Positions 1 to 10,046 are shown, numbered from the stretch's first letter. The stretch: DNA of 64,000 nt from Clostridia bacterium (GCA_045592445.1 JAZNUV010000040.1:864-64863); one strand, 5' to 3'. Made by a program: numbers and translations. The notes: generated by a model from the sequence alone, not told the origin.

Positions 1-546
1 CGGATATTTGGCATGACATTCTGCTTTTTGCAAGCCCGGAATTGAGCCAAATAAATTTTTAACTGCTGCTGTCATATCACAGAGCATATGTGTTTTCATT
101 CTTGCCATATTGACTATCAAATCCGCATTAGCAAGCGGTGTAATCACATTAAAATTGCTAAGTTTTTCTGATGTAACAGAGAGATTTAAGCTTGCACCGC
201 TGTTTTCCGCAGCAACCTTCATGCCTGTTGTTTCATAAATACGAGAAAGGAGTGTTGGGTGATATAATCCACCCGGTGAGTCTGCAATTTGAACATAGGC
301 ACCGCGTTCAACAAAAAAAAGTGCGGCGGTTTCTATCATGAGCGGATTCGATGTAACACCCATATCGGGTTTTCGATTTGCTAATAGATTTGGCTTGATG
401 ACAACTTTTTTGCCTGACCAATCCTCACTCATGTTATTATCAATTAAAAGATTTTTTAAAAGTGAAGGCAGATGCGCACTTGCTTCTATATAATTCTTCG
501 CGTGCAGAATATGAACTCGATTTGAAAAATTGATATTACGATTCAT
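1..546 (-). CDS. DUF362 domain-containing protein (N-terminal part; gene runs off window start)
   Basis: Minus-strand ATG at 546 preceded by AAAGGAG RBS. Hand translation MNRNINFSNRVHILHAKNYIEASAHL...VVIKPNLLANRKPDMGVTSNPLMIETAALFFVERGAYVQIADSPGG matches the DUF362 family pattern. Confidence 0.55.
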   Translation of the reverse strand, partial: MNRNINFSNRVHILHAKNYIEASAHLPSLLKNLLIDNNMSEDWSGKKVVIKPNLLANRKPDMGVTSNPLMIETAALFFVERGAYVQIADSPGGLYHPTLLSRIYETTGMKVAAENSGASLNLSVTSEKLSNFNVITPLANADLIVNMARMKTHMLCDMTAAVKNLFGSIPGLQKAECHAKYP

Positions 547-558
547 AAAGTTACTCCT

Positions 559-1206
559 TTATTTTTTCCACCAGTCCTGTTTTGCCAAGGTGCTCAATTC
601 ACCCAAATGACTGTTATCGCCATCTTTTATAATCCGAATCATGTCCCCTTCTGCCTTTAAGACTGTAACAGATGCATTGTCACACCATCCTTCATTAGGC
701 ATTTCAGAAAGAGGTATATTACGAATTTTGCATAGAAGAACACGAATTGCAGTACCATGTGTAACAACCGCAACATGCTTATCCCGGTTTGTTTCAATAA
801 TTGAGAAAATTGCATCTGATATTCGATCTTGAAACGCCTGCATACTTTCACCGTTTGGCATTTCTAAAAGATGTGGATAATGCAACCAATTATTATAACT
901 TTCTGCATATTCAATCGGTAATGTATCCCAGGGTACATCTTCCCATTTGCCGCCATGTATTTCACGGAGCTGCTTCATTTCCGTAATACGCAAATTCTTT
1001 TCTTCTGCAATAATGGCGGCAGTGTCCCGCGTTCTCTTTAAATCACTGCTGTAAATAGCATCAATTTTCGTACTTTGAAACCACATTCGAAGTCTTTGTA
1101 TCTGCTTTCTTCCGTTCTCTGTTAAATCCGAATCAAACCATCCATGAAATCTTCTTTCTATGTTTCCAGTTGCTTCACCGTGTCTTACCAAATAAAGCAT
1201 CGTCAT
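559..1206 (-). CDS. histidine phosphatase family protein (phosphoglycerate mutase / cobC-like)
   Basis: N-terminal LYLVRHGEATGN...RFHGW motif is the RHG catalytic signature of the histidine phosphatase superfamily; 215 aa. Confidence 0.75.
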   Translation of the reverse strand: MTMLYLVRHGEATGNIERRFHGWFDSDLTENGRKQIQRLRMWFQSTKIDAIYSSDLKRTRDTAAIIAEEKNLRITEMKQLREIHGGKWEDVPWDTLPIEYAESYNNWLHYPHLLEMPNGESMQAFQDRISDAIFSIIETNRDKHVAVVTHGTAIRVLLCKIRNIPLSEMPNEGWCDNASVTVLKAEGDMIRIIKDGDNSHLGELSTLAKQDWWKK

Positions 1207-1262
1207 AACTTAGCACCTGCTTATCATAATTTTATGAAAAGGACATGCATACGCATGTCCTT

Positions 1263-2171
1263 TTACTCTATAGATTCTTTGCGCAATGCATATAAAACCT
1301 TTTCGAATACCGACGGAAGTGGTGCAGAAAATTCCATTTTTTCGCCGGTGTTGGGATGAATGAATCCGATGATACCTGCATGCAGAAGTTGGCCATCCAA
1401 ATGAAATGCCTCTTTTTTAACGCCGTACGTTTTATCTCCAACAATCGGATGCCCAATATGGCGCATATGCACACGAATTTGATGTGTTCTGCCTGTTTCA
1501 AGTATACATTTCAAAAGCGTATACTTACCAAACCTCTCTAAAACCTCATAGTTTGTGACAGCGTCACGTCCACCGTTTTTAACAATGGCCATCTTTTTTC
1601 TGTCTGATGTGCTGCGACCAATCGGGGCATTAATCCGTCCGTTTTCTTCTGTAACATTTCCGTGGACTAGTGCAAAATACTGGCGTTTTAAAGTACGTGC
1701 TTTTAGTTGAGCAGATAAATGTTTATGTGACGCATCGCCCTTTGCTACAACCAAAAGACCTGTTGTATCTTTATCTATACGATGTACAATTCCCGGACGT
1801 TGTACGCCTCCTATTGTAGATAATGTGCTTCCACAATAATGTAAAAGTGCATTTACCAGTGTATGCTCATAATTGCCTGCTGCGGGATGTACTACCATAT
1901 CGGCAGGCTTATTGATAACTAAAAGAGCGTCGTCCTCATACACAACAGAAAGCGGTATATCTTGTGGTATGGCTTGCATAGGTTTAGGGGCAGGTACCGA
2001 AACCGATATTGCGTCAGCATCTCTGAGACGATAACCAGCTTTTGTTTTTTTACCATTAACGGTAATATGCCCTTCTTCAATGAGCTTTGCAATATAGGCA
2101 CGACTCATTTCACTATATAGTGCAGCTACCGCTTTATCAATTCGTTCACCTGAAAAAGCTTCAAAATCCAT
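1263..2171 (-). CDS. rluD: RluA-family 23S rRNA pseudouridine synthase (RluD-like) with N-terminal S4 domain
   Basis: HRIDKDTTGLLVVAKG catalytic motif, S4-like N-terminus, and conserved position after lspA. Confidence 0.85.
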   Translation of the reverse strand: MDFEAFSGERIDKAVAALYSEMSRAYIAKLIEEGHITVNGKKTKAGYRLRDADAISVSVPAPKPMQAIPQDIPLSVVYEDDALLVINKPADMVVHPAAGNYEHTLVNALLHYCGSTLSTIGGVQRPGIVHRIDKDTTGLLVVAKGDASHKHLSAQLKARTLKRQYFALVHGNVTEENGRINAPIGRSTSDRKKMAIVKNGGRDAVTNYEVLERFGKYTLLKCILETGRTHQIRVHMRHIGHPIVGDKTYGVKKEAFHLDGQLLHAGIIGFIHPNTGEKMEFSAPLPSVFEKVLYALRKESIE

Positions 2172-2626
2172 TATAAATTCTCTTCCGTACTTTTAAAAAT
2201 ATAGATACAAAAAAGTGCTGCGCCTATAACGACACATATATCCGCTACATTGAATATCGGGAAGTTGATGAATCGCATATCTAAAAAGTCAATTACATAT
2301 CCCATCGTTATGCGATCAACTAAATTTCCGATTGCGCCTGATAAAATGAGCGATACCGCTATGTTAAATATTTTGCTTTTTGGCTTTTTTACGATAATGT
2401 ACGCAATAAGAACTGCTACAATGAGAATCGTAGCGCATATTAAAAATGGGACTTTTCCTGCAAACAAACTCATTGCTGCACCATTATTCGTTTGAAAGGT
2501 AATGTGAAAAATATTTTTTATAATCGGTATGCTTTGTCGGATTTGCATATTTGCTTGTATAGATAATTTTGTCAATCTATCAAGCAAAAAAGAACCAATT
2601 CCGATTGCCACTGGAAGCCAAAGCAT
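2171..2626 (-). CDS. lspA: lipoprotein signal peptidase II
   Basis: Four-TM 151-aa protein with NNGAAMSLF and FNVADICVVIGA motifs; ileS-lspA-rluD synteny. Confidence 0.85.
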   Translation of the reverse strand: MLWLPVAIGIGSFLLDRLTKLSIQANMQIRQSIPIIKNIFHITFQTNNGAAMSLFAGKVPFLICATILIVAVLIAYIIVKKPKSKIFNIAVSLILSGAIGNLVDRITMGYVIDFLDMRFINFPIFNVADICVVIGAALFCIYIFKSTEENL

Positions 2627-2640
2627 AGTAATTTAATCTC

Positions 2641-5418
2641 CTACTCTTTAATAATGTCGGCGCAACGGGCACAAAGCGTTGGATGTGCCGCATCATCCCC
2701 CACTGTTTTGCTGTATATCCAACAACGTTCACACTTTTCGCCCTCGGGTTCAGTTACAAGTATTGAAAGACCTTCTGTTTCACCCGAAAAAGCTTCGCTC
2801 GGTGCCGCAGTTTCTTCAACGTGGACTGAGGAAACAATAAATAACGTTGTCAACGTATCGTCAAAGCTTCTTAAAAATTCTGCCATATCTGCGGATGCAT
2901 ACAGAATAACACCTGCACCCACCGAATTACCAATTTTTTTCTCAGCACGTGCGTTTTCAAGCGCTTTTGAAACATCGGCACGCACCGCGAGTAATTTATC
3001 CCATTTTTCAATAAACTTCGCATTGTATTGCACAGTATCTGTCTTTGGCATATCATTATATAAAATGCTGCGCTTATCATCCGAAGCTTTATGCGGCATA
3101 TGTTGCCAAATTTCTTCTGTTGTATAAACAAGTACAGGAGCCAGAAGGCGTACAATCGCATCCAACACATTGTACATAACACTTTGTGCGGCACGTCTTT
3201 CAGCACTATCTGATTTTTCTACATATAATCTGTCTTTTATTATATCAAGATAAAAATTACTCATGTCTACAACGCAGAAATTATGCACAGCATGATAAAT
3301 CATATGAAAATCATAACTTTCATATGCTGCAAGAACCTTTTTCACCATTTGGTCAAGCCGCATCATTGCCCATGTATCCAGCTCACCTAAATTTTCTCTA
3401 GCAACCATGTCTTTTTCGGGGGCAAAATCGTGGATATTCCCCAATATATATCGCGCCGTATTTCTGATTTTCCTGTAAACCTCAGACATTTGTTTTAAAA
3501 TATCTTTAGAAATACGCATGTCTGTTTTAAAGTCTGCAGACACAACCCAAAGGCGTAAAATATCCGCACCAAATTCTTTTATAATATCTTTAGGACTTAC
3601 ACCATTGCCACGTGATTTAGACATTTTTTGACCATCTGTATCCACAATCATGCCATGTGTGATAACAGTTTTATAGGGTGCCTGCCCTTTTGCTGCAATT
3701 GCAGTCAAAAGCGATGACTGGAACCAACCACGATATTGGTCATTTCCCTCTAAATACATATCTGCAGGGAATTCGAGTCCCTCTTTTACTTCTAAAACAC
3801 CCGCATGGCTGGAACCGGAATCAAACCAAACGTCCATAATGTCTTTTTCTTTTGTGAAATGCGTGTGTCCGCACTTACATTTTGTGCCGGCAGGCAGAAT
3901 TTCCTCTGCTTCCATTTCATACCATGCACCACTTCCCTTTTCACGGAATAATGCAGCTACGTTTCGAATGGTATCATCATTGATAAGAGGTTCACCGCAT
4001 TCAGCACAGTAGAAAATCGGAATTGGTACACCCCATGTACGTTGACGAGATATACACCAATCCGCCCTGTCAAGCACCATGCTTGTAATACGTTCCTCGC
4101 CCCATTTCGGAATCCAACGGACCTTACGAATTGCCTCTACTGCCGCATCTTTAATACTGTCAACCGATGCAAACCATTGTTCTGTTGCGCGGAATACAAT
4201 CGGTTCGTGGCAACGCCAGCAATGCGGATATTGATGTATGATTTCCTGCACAGCAAACAAAGCACCTACACTCTTGAGTTTTTCAAGAATGGCCGCGTTG
4301 GATTTTTCATAGTACATACCTGCAAATTCACCGGCAAGTTCGTTTAAATAGCCCTTACTGTCGACAGGAACCAAAATCGGAATTTCTTTGTACGGGCGGC
4401 AAGCAACATAGTCCTCCGCACCATGACCGGGTGCCGTATGCACACAACCTGTGCCGGCATCTAAGGTTACATGTTCACCTACAATTACAAGCGAACTTCT
4501 ATCCATGAAAGGATGCTTACACTTTATATATTCCAAATCTCGTCCGTAAAACGTGCCAACCTTCTCATATGTGGCAATACCGCCTGCTTGCATCACACTT
4601 TCGACAAGTTCTGATGCAATTACATACACTTCCCCATCCACTTTAATAAGGCTGTACTCAAAATCAGGATTAACAGCAATGGCTACATTTCCAGGGAGCG
4701 TCCATGTCGTTGTGGTCCAGATAACAAAATATACAGGCTCAGATATATTTTGAAACAAGCCTTTATCGTCTGAAACACAAAACTTTACAAATATAGAATT
4801 CGTCTTATCTTCGTTATATTCAATCTCCGCTTCTGCAAGCGCTGTTTCACAATCGGGGCACCAATAAATTGGCTTTAATCCTTTATAGATATAGCCTTTC
4901 TTTGCCATTTCGCCAAAAATCTCAATCTGTTTTGCTTCAAATAAGGGGTCTAATGTAACGTAGGAATTATCATAATCACCCAAGGCACCAAGACGGCGAA
5001 TCTGCGCTTTCTGATTCTCAACATAACCCATTGCAAACTCTTTGCATATCTCGCGGAACTGTGATATAGATACTTCACTGCGGTTAATCCCCAGTTTTTT
5101 TATCGCTTGCCGTTCTATCGGCAAACCATGCGTATCCCAACCATGAATATAAGGCGCACGGTATCCGCTCATATTCTTATATCGTACAACTATATCCTTT
5201 AATGTTTTGTTAAGCGCATGTCCCATATGCATATCGCCATTTGCATACGGTGGACCGTCATGTAAAATAAATAGCGGTTTTTCAGCATTCTTCTCCATAA
5301 GACCGCTGTATAAATCCATGTCATTCCACTTCTCCAGCGTTTCCGGCTCGCGTACGGGTAAATTACCACGCATCGGAAACTCTGTTTGCGGCAAATTTAA
5401 TGTTTTACTGTAATCCAT
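2641..5418 (-). CDS. ileS: isoleucine--tRNA ligase
   Basis: 925 aa with HMGHALN (HIGH) and KMSKSRGN (KMSKS) class-I motifs and C-terminal zinc-binding cysteines. Confidence 0.95.
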   Translation of the reverse strand: MDYSKTLNLPQTEFPMRGNLPVREPETLEKWNDMDLYSGLMEKNAEKPLFILHDGPPYANGDMHMGHALNKTLKDIVVRYKNMSGYRAPYIHGWDTHGLPIERQAIKKLGINRSEVSISQFREICKEFAMGYVENQKAQIRRLGALGDYDNSYVTLDPLFEAKQIEIFGEMAKKGYIYKGLKPIYWCPDCETALAEAEIEYNEDKTNSIFVKFCVSDDKGLFQNISEPVYFVIWTTTTWTLPGNVAIAVNPDFEYSLIKVDGEVYVIASELVESVMQAGGIATYEKVGTFYGRDLEYIKCKHPFMDRSSLVIVGEHVTLDAGTGCVHTAPGHGAEDYVACRPYKEIPILVPVDSKGYLNELAGEFAGMYYEKSNAAILEKLKSVGALFAVQEIIHQYPHCWRCHEPIVFRATEQWFASVDSIKDAAVEAIRKVRWIPKWGEERITSMVLDRADWCISRQRTWGVPIPIFYCAECGEPLINDDTIRNVAALFREKGSGAWYEMEAEEILPAGTKCKCGHTHFTKEKDIMDVWFDSGSSHAGVLEVKEGLEFPADMYLEGNDQYRGWFQSSLLTAIAAKGQAPYKTVITHGMIVDTDGQKMSKSRGNGVSPKDIIKEFGADILRLWVVSADFKTDMRISKDILKQMSEVYRKIRNTARYILGNIHDFAPEKDMVARENLGELDTWAMMRLDQMVKKVLAAYESYDFHMIYHAVHNFCVVDMSNFYLDIIKDRLYVEKSDSAERRAAQSVMYNVLDAIVRLLAPVLVYTTEEIWQHMPHKASDDKRSILYNDMPKTDTVQYNAKFIEKWDKLLAVRADVSKALENARAEKKIGNSVGAGVILYASADMAEFLRSFDDTLTTLFIVSSVHVEETAAPSEAFSGETEGLSILVTEPEGEKCERCWIYSKTVGDDAAHPTLCARCADIIKE

Positions 5419-5470
5419 CCTACCTTCAACCCCTTTAAATAATCAAATGCCCTATCCTATTGTCATAAAA

Positions 5471-6034
5471 TTAAGCATCAAGTTTTGGAATCTGTATAGT
5501 TGCTGCATCCATAGAAACATCCTGTATTGACGAAGATTTTATATCTACGGAAACAGGGGCAACTTTGACTTCACTTGCATGCTCCGAAATCATTCCGTTT
5601 AAAATTTCAATTTGTGCACGAAGCTGAGAAATTTGCCGTGCTGCAAATACATTGATGCATCGTTCAATGTCATGTTGTTTTTGCTGCATAGATTGCACAT
5701 TCTCTTCTGCTTCTTTTGCAATATACTGTGCCTTCATTTCTGCTTCTTTTGTAATATTCTGTGCCTTTTCCTGGGCAGCACGTACAGCAGCATCACTGCT
5801 TGTCTGTGCCAAAAGCAACGCATTTTGCAAGGAATCTTCCATTGCTTTGTATTTTTCGACTACGCTTTCAAGCATGGCAATTTTATCACGATTTGCAATA
5901 TTTTCTTTGTATAACGTTTCATAATCATTGCAAAGTTCGTGAAAAACTCCCTCTACGTCATCCTTTTTATACCCACCCATAAAGGCATTGCCAAATTCGA
6001 TTTTTTCGAGCTCTAAAGGTGTATACATATTCAC
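5471..6034 (-). CDS. divIVA: DivIVA domain cell-division protein
   Basis: N-terminal LTPLELEKIEF...GYKKDDVEGVF DivIVA motif; coiled-coil remainder; conserved position. Confidence 0.85.
   Translation of the reverse strand: MNMYTPLELEKIEFGNAFMGGYKKDDVEGVFHELCNDYETLYKENIANRDKIAMLESVVEKYKAMEDSLQNALLLAQTSSDAAVRAAQEKAQNITKEAEMKAQYIAKEAEENVQSMQQKQHDIERCINVFAARQISQLRAQIEILNGMISEHASEVKVAPVSVDIKSSSIQDVSMDAATIQIPKLDA
5705..5770. repeat. 33-bp imperfect tandem duplication inside divIVA coiled-coil region
   Basis: TTCTGCTTCTTTTGCAATATACTGTGCCTTCA then TTTCTGCTTCTTTTGTAATATTCTGTGCCTTTT; encodes KAQNITKEAE / KAQYIAKEAE. Confidence 0.6.
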
Positions 6035-6055
6035 CCATCCTTTGTATTCTATTTT

Positions 6056-6538
6056 TTACAGTGTCCAGGGAAAAAATCCTTTGTTTTTCAGCTCATCGCG
6101 TACATCTCCGGCAATGCTGACATTGTAAGGTGCAATTAAGAAAATACCACCGGAAACCTTTTGGATATTACCTTCTAATGCATAAACAACACCACTTATA
6201 AAATCAAGCACTTTAACTGCATCTTCTTTTGTTAAATCTTCAAGATTTACAACAACAGCCTTTTTTGCTTTCAGTCTGTCCGCAATTTCGCTTGCGTCTT
6301 CATATTCCGCCGGTTGTAAAACGGCAACCTCAAGTTGCGTAGTTGCTGTCATGCTGACAACTCTGTTTGTTCCCACCGAAGAATTTGAAGTCTTTTTGTA
6401 GCTTGTAAACATCTTAGGTTCACTCTTCGGTTTTACAAGTTCCTCTTCAACCTCGAATTCTTCAAACTCATCCTCTTCATTACCAAAGAAAATTTCGCCA
6501 AGCTTACCAAATATTTTTGCCACTTTTTTTACCTCCAT
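6056..6538 (-). CDS. sepF: cell division protein SepF
   Basis: C-terminal SepF core (VVNLEDLTKEDAVKVLDFISGVVYALEGNIQKV); synteny between yggS and divIVA. Confidence 0.85.
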   Translation of the reverse strand: MEVKKVAKIFGKLGEIFFGNEEDEFEEFEVEEELVKPKSEPKMFTSYKKTSNSSVGTNRVVSMTATTQLEVAVLQPAEYEDASEIADRLKAKKAVVVNLEDLTKEDAVKVLDFISGVVYALEGNIQKVSGGIFLIAPYNVSIAGDVRDELKNKGFFPWTL

Positions 6539-7218
6539 TCTCTATTTCCAAATATCGCACTACCAATTCGTACAATATTTGCGCCTTCTTCAATCGCGAC
6601 CATATAGTCACCACTCATCCCCATGGACAAATACTCCATGCAGCTATGCTTATATTTTTTCGCTGAAATTTTATCAAATAAAACGCGCATATTATAAAAC
6701 GCATTTCTTATTGTTGCTTGATCTGACGTGTGCGGGCCAATTGTCATTAGCCCTTTAATATGAACGTGATTTCTTTCCTCATTCTCTTCTATGATCGGCA
6801 GGACATCCGCATAGGAAACACCAAACTTGCTTTCCTCACCTGATGCGTTCACTTCTATAAGCACATCTTGAATTATCCCTATTTTTTTCGCTTCTTTCTC
6901 AATTACGTCTAAGAGTTTGGAACTGTCGACGGCATGGATTAGCGATGATTTTCCAACAATATACCGAACTTTATTTGTCTGTAAATGACCAATGAAATGC
7001 CAAATGGCATTTTGAACATGGTCATACTTATCCATAAATTCCTGTACACGGTTTTCTCCAATATACAAAAGACCTGCATCAATTGCCTCTTGTATACGAG
7101 GCGGAGAAACAGTTTTCGTTGCGCCAAGTAAACATATATCTTCTTTTTTTCGCCCTGCTTTTTGTGCTGCTTTTGCAATGTTTTCTTTAATTATAAAAAG
7201 ATTGTCTGAAATCACCAA
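6529..7218 (-). CDS. yggS: YggS/YlmE family pyridoxal-phosphate homeostasis protein
   Basis: 229-aa alanine-racemase-fold N-terminal domain pattern; conserved dcw-cluster position upstream of sepF. Confidence 0.85.
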   Translation of the reverse strand: MVISDNLFIIKENIAKAAQKAGRKKEDICLLGATKTVSPPRIQEAIDAGLLYIGENRVQEFMDKYDHVQNAIWHFIGHLQTNKVRYIVGKSSLIHAVDSSKLLDVIEKEAKKIGIIQDVLIEVNASGEESKFGVSYADVLPIIEENEERNHVHIKGLMTIGPHTSDQATIRNAFYNMRVLFDKISAKKYKHSCMEYLSMGMSGDYMVAIEEGANIVRIGSAIFGNREWR

Positions 7219-7235
7219 AATTACTTCCGCCTCCG

Positions 7236-8378
7236 TCAGAAAATTACCGTATCATAAAGACGCAAAGTACCGTTTTTAGCAGTATTTTCTTTTATAATGA
7301 CAGTAGATTCGTTTTCATATAAAATTTCAACAGGTTTAAAAACTTCATCTGTGACCGTTTTTACGTATACACCTTTCTCACCATTTTCAGTCTGTATTGC
7401 TTTTGATGATACTTTTAGCCCTTCATATCGCCCTAAAATAATATCTACATGCATTTTGCGACGTGATAAAAACCCTTCAGGAGTTTGATAAGAAGAAACA
7501 ACGACAGCAATTTTCCCATCTTCCGGTTGGGACACAGAAATAATATCTGTTGAAATAATGATTCCACCTAAGTCATGCACTCTGATTCTTAATGTTTTAC
7601 TTTTTCGAAGTAAATCTTGATGCCTTTCATCCGCCAAAAAAGCGAATCGCCATTCGCCGCTTTTCATAATTTTGCAGCTTGTCCCATTGCTATATGTAGT
7701 GTTTTCAAGTTTTGCGAATGTAGATGGTGTTATATTTTCCGATGCCTTTAAAGACATAGTTTCTTCGTACCCGTCCGCCTGCAAAAATAAGATGCCGGCT
7801 TCCGGACTATAGATTTCTTTAATATGATTCCCGATCTGTGGATGCAATGTGTCACGCCTTTCACTCAGCACATGCATCAAGTCATTCTTTTGTCCGTTTG
7901 CCGCAGTTTTTTCATCTTTGAAACGTAAAAGATCATCTTTCATCTTGCGAAGAGTTGATAGATCCCCCGTATCAGCTGCTACTGTAATTTCACGCGATAT
8001 ATTTGTTATTTGCTCATCCGTACGAAGTGTCTGCGTTTGTTCAACCATCGGCGCAATGCTATCCAATTTCTTCATTCTGTCTTCAATTCTAAGAAACTCA
8101 TATAAAGCACTTTCGTTTGTATCAGCCGTCAAAACCGCACCAATTCTTGCACCTTTTTTGATACGTTCACCGTCGCTTGCCATCGGTTTTAAAACGCCAT
8201 CATTCGTGGAGACCAAAATCTCATCCTTAAATAAATATGCCGTTGTGCTAAAAGTGTTTTCTAAGACACCATGATTTACCATTTCCGTGTCTGCCTGTCC
8301 AAAAAGCAGGATAATTAAATTGAAAACAATAAAAACAAGCCCCAGAACAAGCACCGAAATTTTAAATTTCTTTTTCAA
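7236..8378 (-). CDS. hypothetical N-terminally membrane-anchored protein (weak HlyD / membrane-fusion-like features)
   Basis: Single N-terminal TM segment followed by a 350-aa extracytoplasmic region; sits where ylmD is usually found, but has no DUF152/YlmD signature. Confidence 0.4.
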   Translation of the reverse strand: MKKKFKISVLVLGLVFIVFNLIILLFGQADTEMVNHGVLENTFSTTAYLFKDEILVSTNDGVLKPMASDGERIKKGARIGAVLTADTNESALYEFLRIEDRMKKLDSIAPMVEQTQTLRTDEQITNISREITVAADTGDLSTLRKMKDDLLRFKDEKTAANGQKNDLMHVLSERRDTLHPQIGNHIKEIYSPEAGILFLQADGYEETMSLKASENITPSTFAKLENTTYSNGTSCKIMKSGEWRFAFLADERHQDLLRKSKTLRIRVHDLGGIIISTDIISVSQPEDGKIAVVVSSYQTPEGFLSRRKMHVDIILGRYEGLKVSSKAIQTENGEKGVYVKTVTDEVFKPVEILYENESTVIIKENTAKNGTLRLYDTVIF

Positions 8379-9307
8379 TTTTTCGCTCCTTTGCCGTTTC
8401 GGAATGTGTGAACAATAAGCGAAACATTCTCATCCATATCCGCTTGCCCATTTAGCCAATGAATATTGGAATTTGCACGAAACCATGTCATTTGACGTTT
8501 TGCAAGTCTGCGTGTGTTACGCTTTATCAGGGAAATGGCTTCTCCATAGGTTGCTTTTCCATCCAAATACCAAAATAATTCCTTGTATCCAACGCCTTGT
8601 TTTGCAGTTACATTTTTTCCATGTAATTGTGCATGTAAAGCCTTCACTTCAGAGAGCAAACCATCTCTTTCCATTGCATCTACACGTCTATTTATTCTAT
8701 TATACAAAATTTCTCGCGGAAGTTCAAGTCCAAATATAAAATTATCGTAAATTTTTTCATATTTTTTTTCAGAATGCCAAGTTTTTGTTTTTCCCGTTGT
8801 TAAAAAAATTTCATGTGCACGCAAGATTCTGCGTTTTTCTGCCGGATGCAGTTTCGAAGCAGTCACAGAATCAATTTTTGCAAGCTCGGCATATAGCGTC
8901 TCTCCGCCTTCTTTTTCCCACCGTTCTTCCAGCATGTCCCGCACTTTTTGATTAAATGAATCCTGCGAAAGTAATCTATTTTCACAAACTGTATCTATAT
9001 AAAGACCTGTACCCCCTGCCAATATTGGAGTTTTACCACGAGAAACTACTTCCTTGATTGCAGTATGCGCCATTTTTGTAAACTGCTCTAAAGAAAAATT
9101 CTCATACGGTTCAACTACATCCAAAAGATGATGCGGTATACCTTGCATCTCCGTTTGATTTGGCTTTGCTGTTCCAATATTCATATTTCGATATACCTGC
9201 ATAGAATCAGCAGATATGATTTCACCATTTATGTGTTTTGCAACCTCTATTGCAAGCGCTGTTTTACCTGAGGCTGTCGGCCCCGTAATAACAAGAAGTG
9301 GTATCAT
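8375..9307 (-). CDS. miaA: tRNA dimethylallyltransferase
   Basis: ITGPTASGKT P-loop and SADSMQVY motif. The track's M1 is a TTG; start trimmed to the ATG (MIPLLVITGP) that has a GAGAGGAAAG RBS. Confidence 0.9.
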   Translation of the reverse strand: MIPLLVITGPTASGKTALAIEVAKHINGEIISADSMQVYRNMNIGTAKPNQTEMQGIPHHLLDVVEPYENFSLEQFTKMAHTAIKEVVSRGKTPILAGGTGLYIDTVCENRLLSQDSFNQKVRDMLEERWEKEGGETLYAELAKIDSVTASKLHPAEKRRILRAHEIFLTTGKTKTWHSEKKYEKIYDNFIFGLELPREILYNRINRRVDAMERDGLLSEVKALHAQLHGKNVTAKQGVGYKELFWYLDGKATYGEAISLIKRNTRRLAKRQMTWFRANSNIHWLNGQADMDENVSLIVHTFRNGKGAKN

Positions 9308-10046
9308 AGCTTTCCTCTCTGTCTTTTTCTGACACATAGCCAACGGGTGGTGTGACGGCAGCTGTTGCTGCTATAACCTGTGCAGCACCCGCTTTTTTCA
9401 AAATTCTTGCACAAACATCGAGCGTTGAACCGGTTGTTAAAATATCATCAACTAATAAAATGCATTGATTGCTTATATCTGTTTTACATGCGAATGAGAA
9501 CACATCTCGCAGTGCAATCATTCTATCTCTTCGATTTCTGGAAGATTGTGGCGGCGTATTCACACATTTTTTAATCATGGGCACGACAGGTATATTCAGT
9601 ATCTTTCCGATATTATTAGCCAAAAGCGCCGCTTGATTATAGCCACGTTCAGTTTCTTTTTTTGGATGCATGGGTACATAGGTAATTATATCAGGGCGTG
9701 GTGCACCCTCCTCACGCATATGCATTACAATAAATGACGCAAACGTCTCGCTACGCACTACCTTTCCATGGAACTTAAAACCAATCAACGCCTTTCTTAC
9801 TGAATCTTTATACAAAAGCGGTGCATACGCTTTTGTAAAGGCACGTTTATGGGTTTTACATGTAGTACAAATTTTATCTCCATACACAACATCTATCGGT
9901 GTATCGCATATTTTACAACGTATATTATAGTTATATGGTATATGTGGAAAGCATTTCTTACAAACAGAAAAACGGTCATTATCCACTAATGTACCACAAA
10001 AAATACATTTTGGCGGAAATAAAAAGCGTAAAAGCCACCTAAACAT
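9264..10046 (-). CDS. comFC: ComF family protein (ComFC-like phosphoribosyltransferase)
   Basis: N-terminal Cys4 zinc finger (CIFCGT...CKKC) and PRTase motif LLVDDILTTGSTL. Confidence 0.8.
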   Translation of the reverse strand: MFRWLLRFLFPPKCIFCGTLVDNDRFSVCKKCFPHIPYNYNIRCKICDTPIDVVYGDKICTTCKTHKRAFTKAYAPLLYKDSVRKALIGFKFHGKVVRSETFASFIVMHMREEGAPRPDIITYVPMHPKKETERGYNQAALLANNIGKILNIPVVPMIKKCVNTPPQSSRNRRDRMIALRDVFSFACKTDISNQCILLVDDILTTGSTLDVCARILKKAGAAQVIAATAAVTPPVGYVSEKDREESYDTTSCYYGADSLR

